The position numbers were made by a program, and so were the translations under genes. A DNA stretch of 63,683 nt, counting the filler, from Pelomyxa schiedti (Eukaryota; Protista; Evosea): NCBI GenBank assembly GCA_020536535.1. It is 14 parts of 14 records of this genome, joined end to end, with 100 filler letters (N's around TTAATTAATTAA, not from the genome) between each part and the next. Parts side by side here need not be neighbours in the genome. Positions count along the whole stretch, not along the records: positions 48,681 to 53,158 come from JAHLWZ010001591.1; positions 53,259 to 54,281 come from JAHLWZ010002988.1; positions 54,382 to 56,351 come from JAHLWZ010002191.1; positions 56,452 to 59,013 come from JAHLWZ010001957.1; positions 59,114 to 62,328 come from JAHLWZ010001795.1; positions 62,429 to 63,683 come from JAHLWZ010002648.1; 8 more parts are not named here. The stretch is one strand, 5' to 3'. The first letter of the stretch is position 1; each line of letters begins with the position of its first letter. The notes under the pieces are model-generated. The model saw only the letters and a program-made list of their open reading frames with translations. It made no database searches and was not told the DNA's origin. This document shows, one piece after another, positions 52,021 through 63,683 of the stretch.

Positions 52021-52196
52021 GCCAATCCCCGTGGGAGTCTCGCCATGGGTTGGAGCCTTCCGGTTGGCGCGTCTGGACGGCGCGTTTAAGCCCGGGGGAC
52101 CTCATCTTGTGACAGACCCTTGCGAGGGGACGTGTCGACGGAGCCTTGTCACGGGGGAAAGCTCCGCGATGGGACTCTGCCGACGCCTCTCTGGCC
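52021..52196 (+). ncRNA. Unidentified structured RNA element, copy 3 (176 nt)
   Basis: One substitution and three 1-nt deletions relative to copies 1 and 2. Confidence 0.62.
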
Positions 52197-52559
52197 CTGT
52201 CTCACTTCCTCCTCGTCGACTTCACATCATCGGGCTGCTGATGTACTTGATGCTGCTTATTGAGATCATCAACAGACATGAGAGATTCATTTGAGAACAG
52301 CACTCCTAACAGTAAGGCAACTTTCCCCGCTGCCCAAACTAACCGTGTTGTTTGTATACAGTATACCGGCCAGCCAGTCTCTGTGACCTTGCACCCCAAG
52401 TAACCATAAAGCAAGAAAATTTTTTCTCAAACAAATTTGCCGTTTGTTCTTCCTCCTCCTTATTACCTCTTCTGTGAACCGTTTGGTTGGTGTCGAATCA
52501 GTCGTTGCAGCAGTTCATTGTGCCACTGGTACTCTGACAACATCGTCGGTGTGGGTGTG

Positions 52560-52760
52560 ACCGTTCGTGACCAGTTTGTCGGCCTGTTGATGTCGACGCA
52601 CCCTCGCTGTGGCCGTCAACATCGAAATCAAAAAGTGAATAGACACTATCCTCAACAACACCAGGAATTTCCATTCGCTGCACGTGGGTTGCGTGACTGC
52701 AATTTGTGCTGGAATCAAGGTTCTGTGGGATTGGTGCGTTTGTTGGACCGGTGAATCCTC
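52560..52760 (+). pseudogene. Relic of the 'VRDQFVGL..THPRCG' family
   Basis: Motif present but the ORF terminates early. Confidence 0.45.
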
Positions 52761-54381
52761 TTTCCAGGTGTCTGTACGGGTAGTTTTTTATAATTCCTCA
52801 AAATGGTGCCTAATTTGCACTACTGGTAACTTCTGCTTTATCCGCAACACTGCTAACCACACAAAGCTTCCCTTGCTAAGTATCTGTCCCCACCATGCTC
52901 CCTTAAGCTGCTTCTCGTAGACTTTGTGTGTCCTTTCTCCCTTCCATAACTGCTGTGTCTTAGCTCTCTCCAACTTAGAGGTATTGTGTTCCTTGTGTTC
53001 ACGCCACTCAAACACTGCTTAGAATTGATTTTGGAAACGGAAAGCCAGAAGGCTGCCAATTCCTTGTTGCTGTCTATGCCACCAACTGGATTTACAGAAG
53101 TAAACTGTTCTTCACATTTATCATTCTCATTGTCAACGTAGGGATCATCATCAGAAGCNNNNNNNNNNNNNNNNNNNNNNNNNNNNNNNNNNNNNNNNNN
53201 NNTTAATTAATTAANNNNNNNNNNNNNNNNNNNNNNNNNNNNNNNNNNNNNNNNNNNNTGTTCTTCTTCTTTCCTGAATGACAACACATCAGTGCCTGTG
53301 CTCCCACATGATACTCTCACAGAGCTACAAGTAAACACATCAGGCCCATGTGCCATGTCCACAACAAATGACTTTTTGGACTGTTGTACAACAGTGTCAC
53401 AACCACCAAGAACCAAGTCGAAAGTTGAAGGTTGTGTGGGAACAAAACTTTCCCTTACATTTTTTAGGTTGCATGGATGTAATCAACCATTCTTTTGCAT
53501 TTGAACAATTGTGCCCCAGAGGAAAAATTGCTGCTCTCCAAGTGGAAGGACCTCAACAGTGAGGAACTGAATTCAATTCTTGAATTTTGTGAAGGACATC
53601 CAGCTTAATGTCATCACATCTCAAGCTTCTCAGGCAAGAAATTGAGGAGAGAAAGAAAGAAGTCTCAGAGACAATCACAAGAAGTCATGTGGAAGGAGTG
53701 GCAAGAGAAAAGCAAGTGAACAGAGCAAGGAGAGGGTATGGAGGGAAAGGCTCAATGTGACAGTGGCACCCATGGAGTTGTTGAAAGTTAAGCGACAAGA
53801 AGTAAGTAATGGCAAAAACCTTGGGGTGCATCCTGATTGGTTGGTCTCTGTACTAATTGACAACATTCAATCCATCTCACCAACCAACCCAGAAGATGTA
53901 CAAGTTTGTCTAGATGTACTGTGGGTCTTTGTGAGGCCAGCAGTGCCCACATCCACAAGGAGAGGTCTGTTTCAGGGGTGACTCAACCTTCTTAATAAAA
54001 AAACTTAAGTTTGATTTGTAGGCTCTTCCAATGTTTCTTAATGCACATCATTGTCACCATCAAAGCAAGTAAAAGTGCTTCCAAGTACTTGGGAAGACTA
54101 CTGTGGGAGATCTGCAAGGGAGAAGGAGGAGAGGACTCATTTATTGGAACATTGCACTTATGTCTCACTCTGAGTGGCATCTGCTGTGCTCATTGCTGCA
54201 CATTCCTGAAAGAAAAAAGGCCATTTTACAATGCATGAAACAACACTGCTCTTGGGCACAAGTTTCCCCAATGAGGAATGGNNNNNNNNNNNNNNNNNNN
54301 NNNNNNNNNNNNNNNNNNNNNNNNNTTAATTAATTAANNNNNNNNNNNNNNNNNNNNNNNNNNNNNNNNNNNNNNNNNNNN

Positions 54382-55180
54382 AGTAATCTGAGTGTGAGGG
54401 TAAGGTATCCATCCCATTACAAGGAAATATGTTGAATGCTTCATGAGTCCATCAGAGGTGAGAAACAGGGCGCACATGGGCAACAGCTTGGCAACCTGCA
54501 TTGGGCAAAGAAACAGGTATTGGAGAATGTCATACCAGTGCTACTTCATCATTATTTGTATACATTTTCGCCCAGAATTCATGGCATGCCAACAGCAAGG
54601 ATGTTTGAATAACCTCAGTAAATTTTGTAATAGACAACGTCATAATGGAGACCATTCTGAGTTTTGGTTACAAGAAGGAGACCACTGGATAGTGCTATGC
54701 ACCTTGCTTGGGTAGGAAAGTTGGCTCCAAGAGCATTTCCAACCCTTGTTGCAGATACTACAGACATAAGTGGAATCCGACAACCAGCAGTTAATGAAAT
54801 TGCACCGGAGAAAAGAAGAACACACCATGAAAAAGATGCCATAGGTGTTCATGATTACAACGTTTGATGCCAGAGAGACAGTGCCAAGAAGACCTTTTTA
54901 TCTTAGAACAGAGTCCAAAAATTAATTAGGCCTACCGGAAAGAATCGTCATGATTTCAAAAACCCACCACTCAGCACAGGTCATGAAGGCACCAGGCAGG
55001 CCCAAAAACAAAAATTCCTTCCAATTTTTGAAACATTCGCGAGAAAATCCTCCCCACATCCTAGTACAGTGTTATATGTTTCTATGGAATTTGGATCTAA
55101 ACTGGCGATGCAATTTTCTGATGAGAATGTAGGGTATGAGAACAGAAGGCATGAAGAAATAAACAATTGTCATTGACATG
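54382..55180 (-). CDS. MATE-family transporter, fragment or pseudogene
   Basis: WKEFLFLGLPG, EWWVFEIMTILSG and SATRVGNALGAN are typical eukaryotic MATE motifs. Confidence 0.7.
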
Positions 55181-56785
55181 GCGGATCCTTAAAACCATTT
55201 GGCCTATCTGCCTCGGCTACGCTCTGTGGATGCAAATCGGCGTGGTGAACTTGATATTCATGGGTCACGTTGGCCCTAATGAGATGGGTATGCACGGAGG
55301 GCTGCTTTGTCCTCTCTGTCTATAGTGAACGTTAGAACGAGAATGACGAGAAAATATTGGTGTTTGGTTCTGTTCGGAATACATTCTGGTGTTTCTGAGA
55401 CAGGTCACTTCTCTTTCTTGCTTTAAGATGCCAAAAGTCTCTTAGGATCCAGAGATCTCTGCTGCAGCTGCAAGATTCATGAAGATAATCAGTCCGTCAT
55501 TGTTTCCCTTTTTCTTGTACGAATCCACCAAGAGAACTCTTCAGTGGCAAGGGATAGTTTTCCCAGCCATGGTACCATCTCTTTCTTGGTCGCTCTTCTC
55601 CAACACACCTTGCAGATCGTTTGTGCAGCCTCTGTTGTACTTCTGGTGATTCTGCTCTGTTTTTTTGTTTTATATCTTGGGCTTGGCCTCACAGGTAAAG
55701 AGGCATACCAATTTTGCATTTAATGGTTTTAAGGATCCGCCATGTCAATGACAATTGTTTATTTCTTCATGCCTTCCATTCTTCTGTCCCTGTCGTAGAT
55801 CCGCCACCAACAAGCCCCACACATAGCGAAAACGAAAAGCCTACACAAGCGAAAAGAGAAATACTTTCCAGATTGGATATAGGGTGCACCCAAACAACAA
55901 TCTCCTAATACCTGCAAGAGCAGAAAGATGTGGTCCACACAGCCCTCAAGTCTGAATTTGGGAGTGTGTCCCCAGTACAATGAAATCAATAAGTTTTGGT
56001 ATTACTGTCTCTTTGGTGTGGTGCAGGGGAAACAGGTCACACCTCGCCACAGGGTGTGGCTGTTGTTGTTTTGTGGGTGATTGTGGGATTCGAAGAGTAA
56101 AACGAAAATGCCGGGTGGAAAAGGCCGTTTGGAACTGTTGTGATTCACCGGCGATGCAATTGCCTCTGCATCCACATCATAGTTACAGTTGTATCGCAGC
56201 ACTGGCTCAACTTAAATTTTAAGTTCGCCTGGTTGATGATGATTTCTGGTAAGAGTTTAGTCTAGTAGCGCAGTGATTGAAGAGTTACCTGCCGGAACAA
56301 TTGGGGGCTCCGTGCAGAGGCATGATTCTTTCCACGATGCGGAGGTTGTTCNNNNNNNNNNNNNNNNNNNNNNNNNNNNNNNNNNNNNNNNNNNNTTAAT
56401 TAATTAANNNNNNNNNNNNNNNNNNNNNNNNNNNNNNNNNNNNNNNNNNNNAGGGTATTGCTGGCCAGCAGAGCTTCCCCACTTTGTACAATTTTGTAAC
56501 GTGTCTGGCCATTGTTGTCCCCTCACAATGCATGTGCTCTGTGTGTTATTGGTTGTACCAATAAAACGAAAAAGAAATTTCACCAACCTGGGCATTTCCA
56601 CGAAAATGCATCATCGGGGCTGAGAGAACCACTCGGTGCAAGATACTTCCCTGGGGCGCCGATGTACTTACATACCTGGGGAACTGTGAGGTAATTACAC
56701 TGGAGGAGGGTAACCACCACTGCTGAGATTCGCCGCACTCTTTCGTCACAGTTGAAACACGAGCTGGAAAGAGGAGTGAGCCGGA

Positions 56786-57820
56786 ATGATACGAATGTCT
56801 TCACACAGCCCACAACAACAGAAATATCAAAATAATAGTGGCTGTAGTCTTCGCAATGGCCTGCGTAGTCATCTAAAATCGGGCAAGGTGGTATACTTAG
56901 GGCTCGCGTCGCGGTCGTCGTCGTCGAAGACAGTCACTTTGAGTACGACGACCACTGCTAGCAGTGAAACATCCACCACAACTGTGATAACTACACTAAG
57001 GACCACAACCACAAAGATAGCAAGGCACTTCACAATGAGGGAACAACTGATGGCAATGGCAACTGGCACTCACCCCAGGTGTGGTGGAAAATGCCCATTG
57101 TCACATTTGAATTCGGAATCGGAAGCGATGTCTGGAATCGGTGGTGATGGATCAGGCCAGTTGGTGGTGAGGGTGTTCTTTGGGTGGCTGATTTCACACG
57201 CAAACAGGTTCTTTTGCCTGTTTGTGGCTTGTGGTAACTGCTGGGGGGACCTGGGGAAGCTTAGATACGTGGTGATGATTACATTTGGCATTTCAATGCT
57301 TACGTTGGCACTGACACATCGCATGAGGTGGTGGGTGGAGAGGCGGCGTTTTGAGTGGCTTGTGTGCGCTAATCCCCACCACTTGGTTGTTGTGACACAG
57401 GAAGAAGGGTGTTGCTATCTGTATAACACCATGACTGGACTGAGAGAACCACTGCGCGTGTGCCATGAGCTCCCGCAGAACGACGAGGCATCACGTTTGT
57501 ATGTAGCCTTGGATGCCCCTGGAATCCCATGCGAGGATAACTGTAATGTGATTGCACTGGAGGAGGGTACTGGTGATATTCGCCGCACATCGATGTCACA
57601 GCTGAAATACTGCCAGCATCAGTCAATCCACAGAGAGTTTTTTTATGACGGCACTCAGAGGGATCCTTTTGTTGAAGGTGGCCTGTTTTTTCGGCTGAGT
57701 ATATCTGGAAAGAGAATACTTGTCAGTGGACTGGACACTGCTAGACGCGTACTCACCCTCAAATTATTCAGGCCAGTCACCCACATCCACGGGCACTACT
57801 CACTCCACCTTTCATTTTGA
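56786..57820 (+). CDS. 'REQLMAM..THPRCG' family protein
   Basis: Family motif, ITFGISMLTL and VEGGLFF. Confidence 0.65.
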   Translation: MIRMSSHSPQQQKYQNNSGCSLRNGLRSHLKSGKVVYLGLASRSSSSKTVTLSTTTTASSETSTTTVITTLRTTTTKIARHFTMREQLMAMATGTHPRCGGKCPLSHLNSESEAMSGIGGDGSGQLVVRVFFGWLISHANRFFCLFVACGNCWGDLGKLRYVVMITFGISMLTLALTHRMRWWVERRRFEWLVCANPHHLVVVTQEEGCCYLYNTMTGLREPLRVCHELPQNDEASRLYVALDAPGIPCEDNCNVIALEEGTGDIRRTSMSQLKYCQHQSIHREFFYDGTQRDPFVEGGLFFRLSISGKRILVSGLDTARRVLTLKLFRPVTHIHGHYSLHLSF

Positions 57821-58029
57821 ACCTGCAATGCGTTGATAGTAATTATAGCTACAATCTACATCCCACAATAAGTTGTGTACTGCACTGTGATAATGAGAGA
57901 GCGAGAGCAAGGGGCTTACGAACAGAGTGCAATGTCAGGCTTTACTTCCACCTCCACCCAGTTAGTGCCAAGGTGAGGTGGTGGAGGTGGAAGTTAAAGC
58001 CTGACATTGCACTCTGTTTGTCATCAAGA

Positions 58030-59013
58030 TAGAATCTCAGTGAGACATAACAAAAACTCCCTCTCTTTTTATCAACAGCCCCAGTCACAACGTTGTCCCA
58101 CAATAGGACTCCAAGCCAAGCCAATCGAGGATGCTTGATGGCCTCTTCCATGGCTTCTGTTCTGACCAATAATCGGCAATGTCACGTGTTGTGATGTCAG
58201 GGAACACCCTCATTGTGAACTGTGCAATGACTGGTGTGTTGGTAACAAGGCACATCCAGTGCTGTTTCACGGTTTCTGATGTGATCCCTGGGAACACCCT
58301 CAACATCATCTGAAACGTGAACACGTCAAATGCTGCGAAGGGAAATGGCTCCCAGCACAATTCCAGCACCTGTTCACAAAGTGTAAAATGAATCTTTGGA
58401 AAAGGGAAATTCTCACACCTCATCCAAGGCAATGTGTAACCTGTTGATGAGCCACTCCGCACAGCTTGCTTGTTTATTTGCCAACAGGTTTTGAAGCAAA
58501 ATGTTGCTGTACACTGTGATGTGCTCACGTTTGAGTTGGAACTGTGTGATTAACCACTTCACTGCCCTCGTTGATGCAAACATAATCGACCCAGAGCGTG
58601 CAAGGCACTGTGCCACAGCCTCTTGTGTGAATTCACCCATGGAAATCACTTTCTTGACTTGGGAGAGGTTACCACCTTGAACACTTTCCTTCAGGAGACC
58701 AACGAGGAGCTCAGTGCGTGTTGGTTCACTGATGATGGGGAACTTCTCAATGATGAGAAGTGGTGTTGCTAACAAACACTTGATGAACACAAGATGCCTC
58801 ACAGCTTTCACAATTAGCCCCTCTTCAACTCCTGTCATCTCAAGATGATTCAGGAGCCATTTTACACCCTCTCTTCTTTCCTGTCTAAATGTGATGTGTT
58901 CGCACACCCTCTCAAGGATGGAGGTTGATCTGTGGTGAAAATTGGTAGCAAGTTTCATGATTCTGAAAGATTTATCCAACCACGATGCAGTGGTGATGTT
59001 GTTGGTTGCAAGT
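58030..59013 (-). pseudogene. Helical-repeat protein pseudogene (frameshifted)
   Basis: Overlapping ORFs 58413-58979 and 58085-58528 with repeated KWL/EWL helical units. Confidence 0.4.
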
Positions 59014-60594
59014 NNNNNNNNNNNNNNNNNNNNNNNNNNNNNNNNNNNNNNNNNNNNTTAATTAATTAANNNNNNNNNNNNNNNNNNNNNNNNNNNNNNN
59101 NNNNNNNNNNNNNATATCCTTTACACAAAGCTGGTTTTTTTTTTGTCACACAGCATCTGACCCTCAGTTCAGGGCAGAATTTTCGACATTTTTCCATTTC
59201 CTGCTTTTCTTTTTTTCCTGCTTTTTTTTCTGCATTCCAGCAGTGCTGCAAACTGCGTGCTGCGTTTTTTGGGCAGCTGGTCTGGCAGCTTTGTTGCCAT
59301 CTCCCACAGACACTGCGAACAAGAAAACGATCTGCTAGCATCTGCTGGCGCAGCTAGCATAAATGCCAGCTGCGCCAGAACGCGCTACAAGCGCGGGAAC
59401 ATGCTAAAAGCGTTTTTTGGGGTAAGTCTATTTGGGAGCCTGTATGCGCCACCACGCATGCCTGTACGCCAGGCCGTCCGCACCAACATCCGCACAACAA
59501 CAACGTGCGTGTGTCGTTGCGAGTGGTCGTACTTATGGGTGTGTTGCTGGCGACGGTGCCTGCCTGCCCTCACGTCCCCCTGCCTGCCCGGCCGATCCCG
59601 TGCTGCTTACGGGCGTCCAGTGGCCGGGCCGCCGGTCCGTCCCCCCGCGTGTCCGTCCCGCCTCGTGCTGCTCTTGCCCGAGGTGGTGCGTGCCTGCGAG
59701 GGTGCGTGCCGGGGCTCGGCTCGGTGGCCGCCGGCACGCCGCGGGGGCTCGGCCGTGGGATGGGTCCTGGAGCTCCTACAGGGCTACGCTGAGTGGGGTG
59801 GTTTCGCCCAGTAATTCCAGAGGAGATTATGGGTAGCTGCCATCATCCCTTTTGAGGGTGGAGCAAAAAGGAGCCTCGACTGAGTCTTTTCGTTGTTGTT
59901 GGTTTGGAGAGAGCGCCTGGTCTATTATTATTACTCTCGTTTTCTTGAGATATTTTCACCTGCAGTTCATTACGATTTCATTCCAGTGCTCAGGTATTAG
60001 TGCTCACTTATATTCCAAGCCGCTAACTCACCGCTAGTATTCACTTGTATTACGTACTCGGTCACCAACAAGAACGACTTTATTCCTTGATTCCTATATT
60101 ACCCTTGTGTGTATTACTTAAGTTTCAGCATTCGTTTCGCACTGACATGATGCAGACACAAAAAAAAACCCGGACGAATATCTCCGCATCACCAAACCCG
60201 CCAAAAAAAGAACAAACATTCAGGTTTCATTCCAATGAACACAGGTTTTAGTGCTCACTTTATTCCAAGTCGCTAACTCTACACTAGTATTCACTTACAA
60301 TTCCTTGGTTTTCTACACATACTCGCCATAATACTCTCTTTTACCCTTGTGTGTATTACTTACTTTTCACTCCGCCCTAACATGATGCCCAGAGTACAAA
60401 ACGAACAAACCCGACGAATATCTCCTCGTAAAACCAAACTCGTTTCTTCCTTTTCAACTTGAAAAGGAAGTGACCATTGGTACACAATCACTTGCTGCTT
60501 GTTATCCAACTATCTTGCCATCCTTTTTTTTCACCAACCAACCAAAGAAAACACTAAGAGAAACAAATCTTTGTTTTCAAACGTATCGTACGCT

Positions 60595-62188
60595 ATGACG
60601 GACCCGGTCTCTGGTTCCTCTGTGGACTTGGACTTGGGCACGGGCATCAGGCCAGGGGCGGACGTGATGTGGTGGGTTGTAGTCGTGGCGTGTGACGTGG
60701 TGGTTGGGAGGTCGGCGCGAGGCGTGGTGTCGGCCCCCGTGCTCGCGGGCTGCCTGCACTCGCCCCGCTTCAGCGGCGCAGGTGGCCGCCGAGCGACGAG
60801 GCTCGACGCGCAGGCGGCACTCGACCACCTCGCGTCGCGCCGGATGCTGGCGCCGGCGCCCACGCACCCGGGAGTTATGGGAGAGAACACCGGAGCAACA
60901 GCGGGAGGTGCAGAGGAGTTTGTGGTTCGCGGTGACAACGCAGGCAAGTGGGCACAATTGTGTGAGGACGCCAAGGCCCTGGCAAAGAGTCGCAGACAGG
61001 AGAACAAGAAGCTTGCAAGGGCGGCCAAGCTGGAGCACAGGCAGGACACTACCCACTGTTTTGACGAAGTTTCACAACTGAGCATTCCCACTGAAAAGCA
61101 AGGTTGTATTATTATTTAATAATTTAAATATAATAATAATAATAAAATCTTCTTGTTAGTTCCGTGGACTATCCTTGTGCTGGACCTAATTAAGGAGAGC
61201 TGGGGGACAGAACTGCGCACCTTTTTTTCCCAACTGCCCAAGGTTTCGGTGTTTCCTCTGCCAGTATCGTCATCAGAGGCCTTGTAAGTTGTTCTTTTCC
61301 TTTTTGCCTGATCACAAATGTGGATTATCACATAAACCCACAATTGTCAGGGAATACTTGGAGGAAGAGTGCAATGAGAGCAGCATCCCAGTTGATTCAG
61401 TCAATGTAGTTATTGTGAATGCACATGGCAAGGACCTGTACTACGGTGAAGCAAGGAAACGGAGAGAAAAGAAGTGGGTCAACAGAGATCCTGTTGGGAT
61501 GGATGGCTCAACCAGTTTCGATGGGCATTCAGAGATACAACCGGACTTTGCGGACTACCCAGAAGGAATAGCACTGACAGTGAAGAACATATACCTGGAC
61601 CACCTTGTTCCACTCTGTGGCAATGCCTCCCTGTTCATATTTGATGCCTGCTCAGTCCTCTTTGGTAGCAACCGCCCACTTGCAATTGGGTCATATATAA
61701 AGAAAGGGCACACCATAATGGGATGGGATGGAGCACACTCCTGGGCCTTGACAGCATCCATTGAAAAGGCCTTCCTTCAGGCAGAGTACTCCAAGCTGTG
61801 CAACTGTGTCACTGGTGAACTTGTTACAACTTGGCCTCTTTTGAAGTCAGTGAATACACCTGTGGAACCAAGCCAGTTTGTTGAACCACCCAATCTCCCA
61901 GCACCACCAAAGCGCTTCCCCGCCCCTCCAAGGTCTGAGAAGGCTGCACAGCGTTACAAGATCAGGAGAATTAGGTCAGAAACAGTACCACCATGGCCAC
62001 CTCGTCCAACAGTGACACTCCACAACAAAGCACCACGAACTTTGTCACAAGCCTCAGCCACAACAATGTTTGGGCAAAGGAAATCAACAAGTCAGTCAAC
62101 CAATGGTCTTTTGGCACTGCAAATGAGAGACAACTCAATTGATCGGCCGAATTCTGACAAACCTAAAAATAGACCACTGAGGGGATAG
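60595..62188 (+). CDS. Hypothetical multi-exon protein
   Basis: Coding-like ORFs 60499-61119 and 61289-62188 linked by short GT-AG introns. Confidence 0.5.
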
Positions 62189-62428
62189 AGCGAACTGGGA
62201 CGGACCACGAAAAGGAGGGATATCGTCACTAGACAGTGTAGTACAGTGCAGAGTGAGAGTAATCCACCCTGTGGTGACTGTGGATTATGTGTTATTTGGG
62301 TGGTATTAAAGTTACAAAACACCTGTACNNNNNNNNNNNNNNNNNNNNNNNNNNNNNNNNNNNNNNNNNNNNTTAATTAATTAANNNNNNNNNNNNNNNN
62401 NNNNNNNNNNNNNNNNNNNNNNNNNNNN

Positions 62429-63683
62429 AGTTCAAGGAGTTTGAAGAGGTAATGACTACCGCCAAGCGTCTGGAGAAAATCTATGCAAGGAATAAGGAAG
62501 GTCAGGAGAAGCGAAAAAATGCCAGAGAAGAAAGTGGCCACACTTCATGCTGCTCATTTACGGGATGTGATAAACCCGCCGCTATGAGTCGTGATGGAAA
62601 GGTGTACAGGCATTGCAGTGCTCAACATAGTGACGCTCACTGGGCACAAATTGATGCTACAGCTGCAAATAAAGCTTCTAGTACTCCAATAGTCCTGCCG
62701 CAGTTAAACTTGCAGGCCCCACCAGGCCAAGGTTCCCCTGGCGGAGGCCATTAAGAAGGGAGGCTTGTTCCTTTGTGATTCAAGAAAGTGTTTCCATAGA
62801 CCACAAAGCCTTTAACTTAGGAACCTACGATTCGCAACGTTAGAACGGAAGAAGAAAGGAAGACCTTACCCTCTTCCAACACAACGGAAATATGGCAATT
62901 TTGAGAAGTATCGGAGCTCAAGCTAATCTCCGAGTAAGATTGTCTGATACCGGAGCGGATGTCTCCGCAATCAGTTCGGAATACTACCATGTTTTGAAGC
63001 CGGGACGGGAGCCAAAGCCTTCATTGGTACAGCTAACTCTCACACAAGCCAAACAAGAGGTGATGGTTATCGGTGAAGATTACATCACAATTGAAATTGG
63101 GGCCTGATCAACCTCAATCAGAGTTTTCATCGTCGATGAGTTGTCCTTCCCTATGGTTCTAGGGTTGGATTGGCTTACAACTGTCGGCGCTATCATAGAC
63201 GGTGGACGAAAGCATATCATTTTGCCTTCTCTTGCAAAGGTGAAATGTTGCCAAACCAGCTCATGCAGAGTGGGAATTACCAGCATCCCAGTCCGAAATA
63301 TCAGAATAGGACCACGCAAGCATATTTGTATGGTAGTAAGAATTGATTGTGGAAATCCAGGAGATGAGGTTTGCATTGAACAAGTAGTACCTCATCCCCA
63401 AATCTTGGCAGCATCAGTACTTGCTAGAGTGGATAAACATGGGTTTGTCCCTATTTTAGTCACAAATCCATCTAGAAGGAAGGTTGTTGTGCCTAGCAAT
63501 ACTCTTCAACTGCAATACTGCAAGATCAATCAAGAAAGCTATCAGAGAGGCTTGATGGAGCTTAAAAAGCCTGAGACCAAGCCAGGTGTGAATCCATCGG
63601 TATCAGAAATCAATCGACCAATCAAGAATCAAGAGGTAGAATCTTCTCTACCGCAAGTGAAATCAGAGAAGGTAGAAGAGAAG
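62429..63683 (+). mobile_element. Ty3/gypsy-like gag end plus aspartic protease (partial, with nonsense mutations)
   Basis: DTGADVSAIS and VLGLDWL retropepsin motifs; Cys/His motif at the gag end; stops at 62841 and 63105 in the pol frame. Confidence 0.8.

Noticed and set aside
50423-52294. ORFs MGVLPWVGAFRL... and MRSPGLKRAV... as a repeated protein
   Set aside because: Non-ATG or variable starts, different C-termini, indels in copy 3 and no synonymous divergence; conservation is at the nucleotide level

Overview
This is eukaryotic nuclear DNA, not prokaryotic. It consists of 14 unrelated contigs joined by artificial N44-TTAATTAATTAA-N44 linkers, plus one 100-N scaffold gap, so gene neighbourhoods are only meaningful within a contig. 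Genes carry many short (about 40-100 nt) GT-AG introns. The content suggests an amoebozoan protist, possibly a Pelomyxa-like archamoeba; this is inference and was not verified. Recognisable genes: ARF1, a VDAC/porin, PEX14 with a C-terminal KPWE motif, katanin p80, a TKL kinase with C-terminal SH2 (Shk-like), two Sel1-repeat paralogs, a RING/B-box/coiled-coil-Sel1 protein, a MORN-repeat protein, two tandem ankyrin genes and a MATE fragment. Many copies of a lineage-expanded family start with an 'A(R/V)xQFxAL..HxRCG' motif. Mobile DNA: two decayed Ty3/gypsy elements (one with a -1 frameshift signal) and four solo LTRs with 4-bp TSDs. The most unusual element is a three-copy array (50413-52196) of a near-invariant, CpG-rich, highly base-paired 176-179-nt non-coding element. 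It sits in diverged, intron-containing, ORF-less flanks and matches no RNA family I can recognise. The window also shows CpG-rich gene 5' ends with CpG-to-TpG decay elsewhere, which suggests DNA methylation.
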